DNA of 64,000 nt from Sarea resinae (Eukaryota): NCBI GenBank assembly GCA_026026165.1, contig JAPEUD010000002.1, positions 310,001-374,000 on the forward strand. Direction: 5' to 3'. Positions 37,699 to 49,567 of this stretch are shown here, one piece after another (within the stretch, counting starts at the first letter, position 1; each line of letters opens with the position of its first letter). A program made the translations under genes and the position numbers. The notes under the pieces are model-generated. The model made no database searches, was not told the origin of the DNA, and was given only the letters and a program-made list of their open reading frames with translations.

Positions 37699-39442
37699 AT
37701 GTCAAATACCACCGCTATGGCACTTGATGCCAGCGGAGTCGAGGGACAGCAGTCAGGAGCTTCAAACCATGCGAATGAACTGGTTCGTAAAAAGTCTCTG
37801 CCTCCAACGGCTCGAGTCAATCCCGAAGATGCAGAAGCCAAGCGTCTCGCCGCCGAAGCGCAAAAAGCCTACGGTCGCGGCCGCAAGATCGCAACCAAAA
37901 GCATCCGAGACAAGAAGCTTCGAGGGAACCTCAAGCGACTAGAGGACAAATACAAGGATGCGGCTATCAAGGCTCGTGATGTCGAGATCTTGCTCGAGAA
38001 CGAATCTGGCTTCATCGAGCCCGAAGGGGAACTTGAAAGGACATACAAGGTGCAGCAAGACGACATACGGGACAATGTAGCGGTTGAGACGGCAAAGAAA
38101 GGGTTCGAACTGAAACTTGAAGATCTGGGACCATACGTGGCAGACTATACCAGGAATGGGCGAGAATTGCTGCTGGCTGGTCGCAAAGGCCATGTTGCGA
38201 CAATGGACTGGAGGGCCGGAAAGCTGGGATGCGAATTACAGCTCGGCGAGACCGTGCGGGATGCAAAGTGGTTGCATAATAATCAGTTCTTTGCTGTAGC
38301 TCAGAAGAAGCATGTCTACATCTACGACCATGCAGGTGTAGAGCTGCACTGTTTGAGCAAACACGTCGAGGTCACGCATATGGAATTCCTGCCATACCAC
38401 TTTCTGCTTGCGACTATTGTAAGTCCTATAAGACCACACCTCATAAGCAGGTCGCTGATATTCAAAGGGGAACGCGGGCTATCTAAAATATACCGACACC
38501 TCCACCGGTCAGATGGTAACCGAAATGCCCACCAAAATGGGCTCTCCAACTTCCCTAGCCCAAAATCCCCACAATGCCATCCTCCACGTCGGCCACCAAA
38601 ATGGCAATGTCACTCTCTGGTCTCCAAACTCCACTACTCCCCTCGTCAAGCTCCTCGCCCACCATGGACCCGTACGGTCTCTCGCCATCGACCGGGAAGG
38701 CAGATATATGGTATCTGCAGGCCAAGACCTCAAAATGGCCGTCTGGGACATCCGCATGTTCAAAGAAGTCAACAATTACTTCCTCCGGCAGCCAGGGTCT
38801 TCCATCGCCATTAGCGATCGCGGCCTTACAGCCGTAGGATGGGGAACGCAAACCTCGATCTGGAAAGGCCTCTTCGATAAGGCTTCGACTGACCAAGAGA
38901 AAATCCAGAGCCCCTACATGGCGTGGGGCGGCGAGGGCAAACGGATAGAACGCACGCGCTGGTGTCCCTTCGAAGATGTTCTTGGCATCTCACACGAAAA
39001 GGGCTTCTCCAGCATCATCGTCCCCGGAGCCGGCGAGCCTAACTTTGATGCCCTGGAAGTGAACCCCTACGAGAATACCAAGCAACGGCAAGAGACTGAA
39101 GTGCGCGCGTTGCTTAACAAACTACAACCGGAGATGATCTCTCTCAACTCAGACTACATTGGCAACCTAGACCTGGTGTCGGCCGAGCAACGCAAGAAGG
39201 AGGCCGATCTCGATCGCAAGCCAGAGGACCCGCTTCTGCACGTGAAGAATCGGGGCAGAGGCAAGAACAGCAGCCTGAGGAAGTATCTGAGGAAGAGAGG
39301 CAGTAAGAACATCATTGATGATAAGAGGCTCAGAATTGAGGCATTGAGGAAGGAGCAGATCAAGAAAAACAATGCGAAGCTGAAGAAGAGCGAGCAGGAG
39401 CTCGGACCGGCTCTTGCGAGATTTGCGCGAAAGGGGGCATGA
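37699..39442 (+). CDS. UTP7: U3 snoRNP/SSU processome WD40 protein Utp7 (BING4 C-terminal domain). Intron 38419-38467
   Basis: YTRNGRELLLAGRKGHVA, FFAVAQKKHVYIYD, EFLPYHFLLAT, NPHNAILHVGH.NG.VTLWSP, IIVPGAGEPNFDALEVNPYE. Confidence 0.96.
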
Positions 39443-40039
39443 TTGGTGTTTTCTGCTGAGGAGAATATCAGCTATTGCCAAGGATTGTGCGGCTTGTGTT
39501 GCTGGTGGAGTTTTTTTGACGTAGAGGGACATTGCGTTTGTTGTCTCAAGCATTGCATAGCATGGCTGGCGTTTGTGGGGTTCATCTCGTATCCCTTGTT
39601 TCCTACTCATATGATTCACTGGCTTCTGCGAGCTTTACAAAAGGCTCTCAATCGGACAGACAAGAAACCTAAAAGCTTCCATGTACGATTGAGATCCGCC
39701 GTTGCCCTGTGTAACCAACATCCCGAAGCTGAAAATAGCCACGAGGTCCCAATAATCCTTCGCCAATCTCAAAGCCTCAGAGCAGAAGGTTCCCACCGTG
39801 TGGCTACCAGCTAGGCCGTTTGTATCTATCTGGAAAGGATCTGATGCCTCTCAGTGTAGCATAGATGTACCATAGGGTGGAGATGTGTAGGCGGGAGGAT
39901 CGGTAGTATTCTATTCTAGAGGCGAACAGTGGTTTCAACCACTCCCAATTCACCTAAGCGCCGCTCCTCAAGATATCCCCTTTTAAACGGCTGATCCCCT
40001 GGAGGCCAGGCTCGATCCTATAGAGGCAAAAGAGCAAAG

Positions 40040-40860
40040 CTAGCACGATAATGTAATCCTGATGATTGCCGCCATTCTATGACCCGTAACCCGTAACTTG
40101 TCCATGGAATTCGCCCATGAGACCTCCCGGATCCGCTCTGGAACCTTGAGGTCCTCGTTTATCTCTTTGAGATTATTCGCGATGCCCTCTATGGAGTCTG
40201 CGAGAGTCTCGATAGTTTCCCCCTTCTGATTCGTTGCGTCTTCCGTCTTCTTGATCTGATCTGCTTGGTCCTTGATTTGATCTTCCAGGCTCGTCAGGAC
40301 AGTTTGCATAGTGACGGCCACTATGACCGATCAAAGCCGTGAGCCCTCTGGCCCAGGAAATCCGTCGTTTTCGCAAGAGATATCGAAGCATGTTGTCCTG
40401 TCCAGCATCGGAGATAGAGTGATGGTAAAGCAGCTGTAGCAGCTTGGCTGGCAGACATCTCCCAAGCTCGTCGCCTCGCGGAAACTACGATATAAGGGAA
40501 AAGCAATGGCAGAGGTTCCAATAGGAGGTGAGCGTCGCCTGCTTGCGTTCTTCTAGGGCGGCTGACTGGTCGATTTTCCAACATCTTTGGAATAATTCTT
40601 TCCATGCCCAACCAACAGGCAATGAATACACCGGCTTCTCGCAACATTCTTACAAACTCCGGCGTGAAACAAGGCACAAATGAATACGCATTTCCCTCCA
40701 CACAGCACGCCCATGAATATGCCGTTAAAACCGAAGAACCTCGAGCCAGAGTCACCTTCCTCCGAAAGGGGTTGTTCCTCGTAGTTTCCTTCAACAAACC
40801 CTCTACTGTTGCGTTTTCCTTAGCCTCTTCCTCTCCGGCATAGGTCCCCCAGATTCCCAA
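40040..40860 (-). pseudogene. Gene relic with an FPYIVV..R..QAATAA motif followed by a coiled-coil segment
   Basis: Fragmented minus-strand ORFs 40321-40860 and 40040-40321 (MQTVLTSLEDQIKDQADQIKK heptads). Confidence 0.4.
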
Positions 40861-41959
40861 GCTGGCTGTGATGTATCCTGCTCATGTGCAGGACTTGTGC
40901 CCGTTTTGCGGTCACAGTGCTCGTACCCACGGCCCAGCTTGGACGTACGTACCTATACCTTTTGTTGGCACGCTCGGTCACACAAACGAGTGGACAGAGG
41001 GTTGCACTTACAGAGCCGTCCCAGGGGACGCGCCACTATTGGGGGGCGTGACCTGCCCGGTGGAAGCAGAGGGAGCGGAAGGAGCGGCGCCAAACGGTGA
41101 AGAGTACGAGCTGACAGTCCCGGACGCGTTCAATCTGTAAACAGTGTTAGCCTGTATGTATTACACGGGAGAAAGAGAACACTTATAGGAGAGTACCAAC
41201 CCAAAGGATGATCCATTATAGGGGGCTGTGACCTGGCCGAAGTGCGCAAAGAGCGCGACAGACAACGGCGTGGCGGACGAGGGACCTGGGCAACTGGAAT
41301 ACAGAAAGGCGGCGGACCCACCAAGAGCGCGGACACACCAAGGGCGCGGACACACCACGGGCAGCGTAGGGCTGCATGATCTCCGCTATTCTTGACATGA
41401 CCTAGCCTAGCGAGCGACCTCGTCGACCGACTGAGAGCGCGAGGAACGAAAGCTGCTCCCGCAGTTAGCCTGATTCTACGACCAGGGGGAACCTAACACC
41501 GCGCGCGTGTATCTGCCGATCTCATTAGAGACTGGTTTCGCTCTTGTAATACTCGCCTCTTCCTTTCCACGTCTTGATAACAGTGTTGCTACTGCTTAGT
41601 CTTGTCACGGCCCCTTTTTCTTCTGGTCACCTCTCTAGCTACTGCATAATATATATGTTAGAGGATTGGCGCTCTAGTTATTCAATCTCTCTCTTTTCGA
41701 GGTTTAATAGTACGCCTGCGAATTAAAGAGCCCCTTGATATTTGGGAACGGTGCGTATAGGGGCTGGAACAGCCTCAATTTTCTCAAGTCCATATATCTT
41801 GGTTCATTGGCAGTCAATCTTGACGAGCTTAGCTTTGTGTTTTAGAAGGTTGTACACATCAGCGCTGTGGTTCCGAAAAGAGCAGGGCATGCCCAATTGG
41901 CTATCAGAGGAGATATCAAGTTGAGGTTTGGTCTCAAGGACGTGCAAGGAAACCTGGTT

Positions 41960-42060
41960 ACCCTCTAGATGAGAAATCCGATGCTCAGCTAGGTCGGTGA
42001 CCGGCATTTCACCGATATCAGTGAAGAATAAATCGTCCATTCGTTGCACCAACTCAGCCA
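41960..42060 (-). mobile_element. Fragment resembling the Ty3/Gypsy pol region just upstream of reverse transcriptase
   Basis: DLFFTDIGEMPVTDLAEHRI resembles the DLF....LP.TDL.EH.I segment. No RT core follows. Confidence 0.45.
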
Positions 42061-43184
42061 TTTGTGATTGGGCCTTACAGCGCTGCATCTTTTTCTTCAA
42101 ACTACCAGCAGCACTTTGTAGAGTTGCAGTTGGTGAGAGTCCCTAGTTGATGACAGTATCTGCGATTAAGGCCCTCGAAACACTCTCTCGGGCTGGCCAA
42201 TAAGCTCTTCTGGTGTAATCTCAGCCCAGAGAGTAGCCATGTTAGTCTGCGCAACAAGATCGATGTCTCGAGTCTGACGGTCTGCACCGCCGCAGATCAT
42301 ACCTTAATCCGATCAGGTCTCGGGTTGTATGGAAGATGCAAATCACTCATTCATTTCATGATCCGTCTAGGACGTCATACAAAGACAAAGACCAGTCGAT
42401 TGAATTCGTTTAGAGGAGCTATCGAAACCTCTTCGATCCGAACAAGGGAAGAGCCAGATGTCGCTTTCTAATTGGCAGTTGTGGTCGCTGAACCTTTTGA
42501 TATCGTATTGTGATTTCGGTCTAAAAAGAACTAAATTGTCTGTAGAAACGCCCTGGGCACCTTTCCATGGATATTCGGATGACCGGAAGGGGAACTCGGC
42601 GGCGGTGTCAAATCCCTATAGCAAGCTGAGAACTAAGTCCACATCCAGGATTCAGGCAACTCTAACATTTCATGATCGGCCTGTATTCTCAGCGGAAACG
42701 GATAAACTACTCGTCGCAGCTTTGTAGGGTAAGTAGTAGCACCATGTGGCAACCCAGGGAGGCTGACTTGTAACCTGTACTTAGGGCAAGGCTGCTCAGC
42801 TATTTTGACATCCAGGTGCCCGCTGACTACTAGGGCCAGGTGATGAATCCTCTGGCTTAGCGGAATTAAAGCTTTACTGCAGGTCAGCTTTATCCTTGAA
42901 CTTAGATAGATAGCTTAGGGCCTCGATTATCTCTAGAGAGCGTACTATTGTGCTCGAAGAAGTTCTGAGAGTTGCTTGTAGCGTCCTAAGGCGTGAGCTG
43001 GCGGCGCTAAGAGAGGACCGGAGATCTCTCCCTGAAACGAGAAGAAAGCAACGAGACAGAGAAGAGCAGAATAGGCTGGCAATCAGGTATCTGTTGTAAG
43101 CTAGGCTCTTTGCCAAATAAGGTTATGTAGCCAGTCAAAACCTACTCTACGTGCTTCAGCCATTCCGGCCCCGTCCAAGTGCAA

Positions 43185-43526
43185 TCATCCCTGCTCGGTG
43201 ATTCCTGGCAGTGTATGCTGCGTCCATATAGTCCTGCAGCTCCGCTGTGACAGGACGGCCCGGCTCCGCGTCCGCCTGGTCCCAGGCACGCGAGAGGTAT
43301 CCGCCCACCCATGCTTATCGCATCGGCTGCAGGCGGGGCAAGGGTTCATGCATACCCTGAAGTGCCCTTTTCCGCAGTCTGGGCAGGTGGGCTTGTCTTG
43401 CCTCCTTGGTTTTTGCGGCATGTCAGCAGCTCGGCCTTCCGCAGTGGTCGGCTCATCGAGGTGCACAGGGTCGTCTTGTGACTTAGACGCCGCATGCTTC
43501 GACATGTCAAGGTCATTGCCCGACAT
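43185..43526 (-). pseudogene. Gag-like zinc-knuckle fragment
   Basis: CPDCGKGHFRVC (CX2CX3HX3C) followed by PCPAC, preceded by basic low-complexity sequence. Confidence 0.4.
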
Positions 43527-44334
43527 CTATACGAGTTGATTAACTATTTTGTTTCATATGCGGTCGACCTTGCCTTGATTTTCAAAGATATCAGCAGAAG
43601 AGAGAACCCGCGGCGGCAATATGCCCGAAGCCATATTTCTGGATCTGGCTGCGTCTCGCAGCTCGGACGCCACCTCTACACTGATGCATTGGCACCAGTA
43701 GGCCAGCATCACCCAGCTTCGTATGGAGCCTGCCGTTTGGAGAGTCTAAACAAGGGACCGAGGGGATATACTTCCGGAGTCGTGCCGGTGGATGTGCCAC
43801 CATTGTGGGCTGTGGCCTGTCCGGTGGAAGCGACGGGAGCGTTGCCGAACGGAGTAGCTAAACCCAACCATATCCATTGCTATGCGAAAGATAAGAAGAG
43901 ACAAGGAACAAAACCACAATCTCACACTGTAAAGAAATTCCCCGATCCATCACAGAAGGCCTAGCGGAATGGGGGTGGTGGGCAAAAGCGTGGCAGACGA
44001 GGGATCTGGGCAACTGCGGCCCACGAGGACGAAGCACCAGATTTCGATGGCCAAGGACCCGAGCAGGAACGCCATAAACTGCACGAAGGGCCAATCGACA
44101 ATCTTCAAGAGGGAGGAGTCCCTATGCCCCTGAGCGTTCCCCCAAACTACGTTAGCTTTCCCGACCCCTAATCTTGGTTCAGCGTTGCTGAGTATAAACT
44201 TGGCCAGCAGAAAGAGCCGTGCCATTGGAATAGGAGAGCTCGGGGAGGGGGGTGGAGGGCGGGAGCCTGCTGTTGCTGTTGCGGTTGCGGTTGAGGCTGT
44301 GGATGGGGAGGTCTGGGTGGTTGCCGATCTAAGT

Positions 44335-45400
44335 TCATCGCTGGTTCGATAACTGATCTCTGCACTGATGCCTGCTTGAGTCGCTTGTGATGAAGGTTGA
44401 AGGTTGCATTTCATCTGCATCTTTTCCTCGCCACTTTCTTAGTCTTAGTATGGCCTGGGTTTTTACCGCCCTCATACTCTCTTCGAACGGTTGATTCAGA
44501 GCAACAGCCTTCATGGCATTACTCTCTTCGTATCGTCTCGAAATTTCTTCCATAGTAACAGCAACACTTTGTAGAGTTGCAGTTGTACTTCTTTATCATA
44601 TTTTAGCATTATTAGCCTTTTCCTTGCCTGGCCGGTTATCTATAAGGGAAGCGTCTGTAGGTGGATGTAAATCTGCGATCTTCAGCCTCTAGAATCTTTC
44701 TAATAGCTAGATAGCAATATCTCTAAAGCCATAGTCTCTTGACATCTCCTGGGTGCTAAGTTTCTCCACATAGTCTCGCGTGTGCTCGCACTGAATCTTA
44801 GTGGAACGCATCTTGTCCCGAGTCGTTAGTATCAGACAAGGGTAGATTCTCAACTGCCTCTAGAGAATCATCCTTTTAAGGTCCTAGCTCAGCGATAGGC
44901 ACGACATACTTCTCTGGGATATATATTATATACTCTACCAGAGATGGTTCTAGCTCATCGATCGACACCCATCATAGAGACCTTGACACGCTCAGTCTCC
45001 ATGGATGTTATCCTTGCCTGCTCGAAGGCATATGGTTGAATCCACTCAGGCGGGTGCAGGATCACTTCCTCTCTAAAGAATGTCATCTTTCTTATTTTTC
45101 CACGACAGCTTCTTTAGAGAGTTCACGGCCGTGGAGCTGCTGGCTAGTAAAAACAAATCTCTTGCTCTTATACAAGCTATATTTATCCTCTGCTTATCTG
45201 CTATAAATCCTAGACGCAGATTAACAACTAACTTAAATATCACTACTAGGGCTTCATAGCCTTAAGAGGAATTGACTGTATTTCCACGTTCACCAAAGGT
45301 GCTTCAAATCCGCGTAATAAGATAGTAGAGTCGTCAGTGCCTTTGATGATGTCAAATATGTCGTAAATTTCGTGAAACCCCGTGTGGGGTCGCCCTCTGT
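44335..45400 (-). pseudogene. RIP-damaged reading frame of unknown family
   Basis: Protein-like runs (GRPHTGFHEIYDIFDIIKGTDD, FREEVILHPPEWIQPYAFEQARI, TATLQSVAVTMEEISRRYEE) separated by TAG/TAA stops. Confidence 0.4.
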
Positions 45401-45799
45401 TAGGCGGGTCCCTCAGGTAGGCTGCTCGAACGGCGCTGACAGGTAGGCGCCTTGGGCGCGGCTAGTAGCCGGCTATGGGCTAGGGATAGGCAGGATGGGT
45501 ATGGCTTGGTAGGCAGCAATCGTATATAGTTTCTATGCTTCAATTACTACTATCCTCGTAGAGTTGAATGCTGAGGTTCTATCCTCTAGCATTCAGGCCC
45601 TGCTATGTGGGAATCGCTTCGATGCCTGGCAACCCCTATTACCCCGCTCACGTGCCTCTGATCTGATTCCATGCGATTCTATGGCTTTCCCTGCTGCGGC
45701 GGTGCAGCAGCCACATGTGGCGGTCTGAGCCGCGCAGCGCCCCTGACACCCTCTGACCCTGATCGGCGTCCGTGCTGTTATTCTCTGCCAACTAACTGT

Positions 45800-47790
45800 C
45801 TTCTCTTGCCTGAAAATCATACAGGCCTTTGTCTGAAACCCAGTCAAGCTTCTTAATAGGCGATCTTTGACTTCAGTTGCGAGTTTGGTAGGTGTGCTGT
45901 TAGGCCATCGTGCGATGACTATAGCGAGGTCCTTATCATTGTGGTCGAACCATTTTGAAACGAGCAAGTTTTCGTCGTTCTCTAGTGAGAACCTTTTAAG
46001 AGGGGACTTTGATGATATGACTGACGTAGATGGAGACATTTTCGAGGGACCTACATCGACCGTCTAATTCAGGGCGACCAAGTGGACGTAGAGCCAATGA
46101 CTTCGAAGATTTTTCTTGGTGGCGCCGCATTGATCCCAATAGCATGTCGTTGAGTGCGAGTCCACATGCGCAAAAGTTACGTGTTGCTCCAATTGCCGTA
46201 CCTTTTCCAATTTCCTGCCACAGCTGCGCCATTTGCATTTGAATTCCACACGTACAGACGGCTTCGTTGGTTCTTGCGCTTCTAGTGTTGTGTGGTCGCT
46301 CATTTGCTGCATCACTTTATCGAACTCCACCTGAGGAAAGTCTTGAATACTAAGCAATATGCTCTTAGCTCTCTTATATATCTTAGCTTAATACTTGTTT
46401 TGCTGCGCTCTGTATAGTGTGGTAATATAGATTTTGCTTATCTAAATTGTTGCTGATTTGTAAAGAGCTACAGTAAGATCTAATACCCAAAGAATATTTG
46501 CCTCTTATTAAACTTAGATCTTTGTAATTGTAGTGTCTTGGCTAGCATGGTATAGGGATTCATTTGCGCCGAGTACCTAACCACGGCCCCCTTCTAGGTG
46601 GTCTGCAATACAATAATATTAGCCTGTCGCTATGCTTAATGTCTGTAAAAATCAGTCTTATATACTTGTCTTTTTCAGAAGACACACTAAAGCGCTTTTT
46701 CTCTATATAAGAGAGTTATGTTATTTAAACGCGACAGATCGAGCTGTGCCTTTGGAGGTGGACCCGGAGGATAGGTCTGAAGAATGTTATACAGGCTACT
46801 AACCCAGCGACCTTGCTGATCTATCAAGAATCGAAACGGACGAACGCTCGAGAGAGATGCAGTAACTTTGTGTTGTTCTCCCCACCATTTTGCTGGTATT
46901 GAACCTCTTGGGAAACAATATGCTATCGTTGGTTCACCGTGGTTCGATACGATGGCGTTTGACTCGATGTCTTCCCGTCTGGTCGTCTAAGGTGCAAATC
47001 TGCCTCTGTCTCATCCTCGCTGGAAGAATCTTGCAGAGTATCGAGGTCCCACTATTCGAGTGCGAGACCACGCAATATCGACTGAAGGTGTGATCGAGCA
47101 ACTAGAGTTCTGTCGATACCAATTGCTAAGGAACGAGCATATAAAGCAGTGAATAGTGCGATTAATTGCTAGCGCTTCAAGAAACTTTTTATCATCTCTA
47201 CTAATAGAGGTCAGTCTGTTAATAGGCTGTTTGTCAAATAACAAGTATTTAGGAAAGCTATTATAACAGGATGCGGTTAAATTGCTGGTGAGATTTAATT
47301 GTAGGAAACCTCGTAGCCTAAAGTTGTAAGAACAGCGACTTTTTGAAGTCAAAGCATGTTTATTGTAATAGGTAAATTCCTGGCCAGGCGTAAATGTCCG
47401 CGCGAGCTGTGTCTTATCTCTGACTGGAATAAGACCTGTGACACGATTCCTTGCACTGAGTTTTATAACTAGAATCTATAAATTAGATTCAAGTTCTCTT
47501 CTAGCTTTGTCTTGAATAACAATAATGGTAGCAGTGTCTTCTCCAAAGTTGGTGCGATCTTCTTCGCTACCAACATTGTTGTTGGTGGACAAGTCATCTG
47601 TTCTTAAACACGATATGATTGAGCTTCAGCAGCACAGCGTGATCTGGTTGAGATTCCTTATGTTTAAATTCATCCCCTGTGCTATTGTACACCCTGATGT
47701 CACCGGCCAGCGCGAAGACTTTCCAAAGTCGATGCGCCGTTCTATCGTCTTTAAGAACACCGAGGAGATCTAGATCCATGGCCACTTAAC
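45800..47790 (-). pseudogene. Large degraded gene carrying tandem C2H2 zinc fingers near its 3' part
   Basis: FKCKWRSCGRKLEKVRQLEQHVTFAH and CYWDQCGATKKNLRSHWLYVH at ~46240-46080. Upstream frames are broken by stops in TA-rich blocks. Confidence 0.55.
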
Positions 47791-48338
47791 GGGCTTTTGA
47801 GGCTCCTCAGCCATCGGCCGGCTAGCAATCTCGAATATTTCGGCTGAGTGGAAGGCCAAGGCGAGCAGTCCTCATGCGATTGCTTGACCTAACCAGCGTG
47901 TGCGACACCAAGGGAATCCTCAGTTTGCTGAAAGCTTTTCTCATGATAGGGACTGTGACATTATGTATTTCGACCCTAGCGTTAGCAAGGTGGAAATGAT
48001 AATGCGCCACCAGCTCTCATCGTGCGTGAAGTAGGCAGATGACCACGCGCTGTTTCCCTGGGACTACCTAGGGTAGAGAGAACTCTAGGGCGTGATTCTA
48101 GGCGGCTCTGTAGGTGGCCCTTTCCAGCCCGTCCTCCTCTTGACAATCCGTCTTGAAGCTGTGACTTTGCTGTACTCTTCCTTTGATCGAGGCAGGAGTT
48201 TTCTGCTATCTGAATGGAAATAGATGCCTTACGAGCAAAAACACCCTTTGCAAAACGGCCCTTAATGGCCTGCGGCCCACGAAGACGAAGCACCAGATTT
48301 CGATGGCCAATGACCCGAGCAGGAACGAATTCACCCTT

Positions 48339-48644
48339 TTATCTATATGTCGAAATAGGTTCTGGTAGGATTCTGCTCACGAGTGCATCCGACAGGGGCC
48401 CAAGGCCTGTAAGTGCCACGTTTGCCAGCAATCTACAGAGGAGAGTGCCGTGAGCATTCGGCTGGCCAGAGAGGCTGCTTGGCCCAAGAAGGAGGTCGCG
48501 GTGAGCAATGGCAAGGTCATTCCAGGTTCTGAATTCTGGAATCTCGAAGGTGCTGTGATCCTTTTCAATTTTCACGAGCCAGGGAAAATATATGCGCAAA
48601 GCCGTACTCCCTGATATTGCCAGAGTTTTGTAACTCAAACGCAA
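48339..48644 (-). pseudogene. Copy 1 of the unknown FPWLVKIEKDH domain
   Basis: 47/72 aa identical to the ORF at 49286-49567 by manual alignment. Confidence 0.65.
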
Positions 48645-49285
48645 TATTGGCGTTGAGGCCTTGGCACCAATGGCCGAGGGTGACCCAGCTTTTTATGAAG
48701 CATGTGGCCCCTTCCAGGCCCCGGACAAGGAGGACTAGACTCGACCCCTGTGGGGCCTCCGTGAGGTAGCGGATCAGGTTGCGGTATGGGCCCCCCCCCC
48801 CCCCCCCCCCCCCCGGCGAACTTTCGTAGGGTCGGGCGCCGGAGCGTGAGGAATAGTTGGTAAAGTGAGACGCACACTAGGTGGTTGACGTCTTACTCTG
48901 ATTCCGAGTTTGGCTGCATCAGCCGGCGTCCCTATTTTCGAGCCAACATCCTGAATTTTGCTGGTCTGGTTACAACGTTTCAGCTCTCTCTTTGATATTT
49001 CAGCCGCCTACGCGTTTATCTTATTGTGCATACCGAGCAAAAGTCGTACGCAGTTCTTGTTGTCCTCGTCGTCAAGCAATACCGTCACCTATACTATGTT
49101 TAGTCCTCTTCCACGTTCAACTATTATCTGTAAGCTGCATCCTAATCAGAGTGCTCTAGGTGTAGCCCAGGCAAGTAGTGGAAGTACGCTCTTGTGCCTA
49201 GTCGCTGTAATAAAGCCAAATTCCTAGACACGGAAGCCTTCTCGGAGTACTACTTCTGTGTCCGGATCACTACTGCTGGATCGTC

Positions 49286-49567
49286 CTATCTGCGTCGGCC
49301 CACCAATGCATCTGACAGTGCACCCAGTCCTGTCACAGCGACGCTTGCCAGAAATTTATATGGAATAGCTCCGTGCGTATTCGGGTGTCCTGATGGACTA
49401 TTCAGAGCTGGCACCAAATATCGATGCGCGATAGCGATCTCGTTCCAAGTCCCTGACTCGGGTATCTCGAGGGTGTTATGGTCCTTCTCGATCTTGACCA
49501 GCCATGGGAAAATGACACGCCGGACTTTAGTCGGATCCGGTGCTGGACCGTGTGGAATAGTCGGCAT
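49286..49567 (-). CDS. Copy 2 of the unknown FPWLVKIEKDH domain (ATG start; early TAG may be a RIP-type stop)
   Basis: Paralogous to 48339-48644 with mostly synonymous differences. Confidence 0.55.
   Translation of the reverse strand: MPTIPHGPAPDPTKVRRVIFPWLVKIEKDHNTLEIPESGTWNEIAIAHRYLVPALNSPSGHPNTHGAIPYKFLASVAVTGLGALSDALVGRRR

Noticed and set aside
39869..39884. ACCATAGGGTG resembling the 5' end of fungal 5S rRNA, plus CTTAAGCCA near 50067, suggesting a split 5S target site
   Set aside because: Matches are only 9-11 nt and the rest of 5S is absent on both sides.
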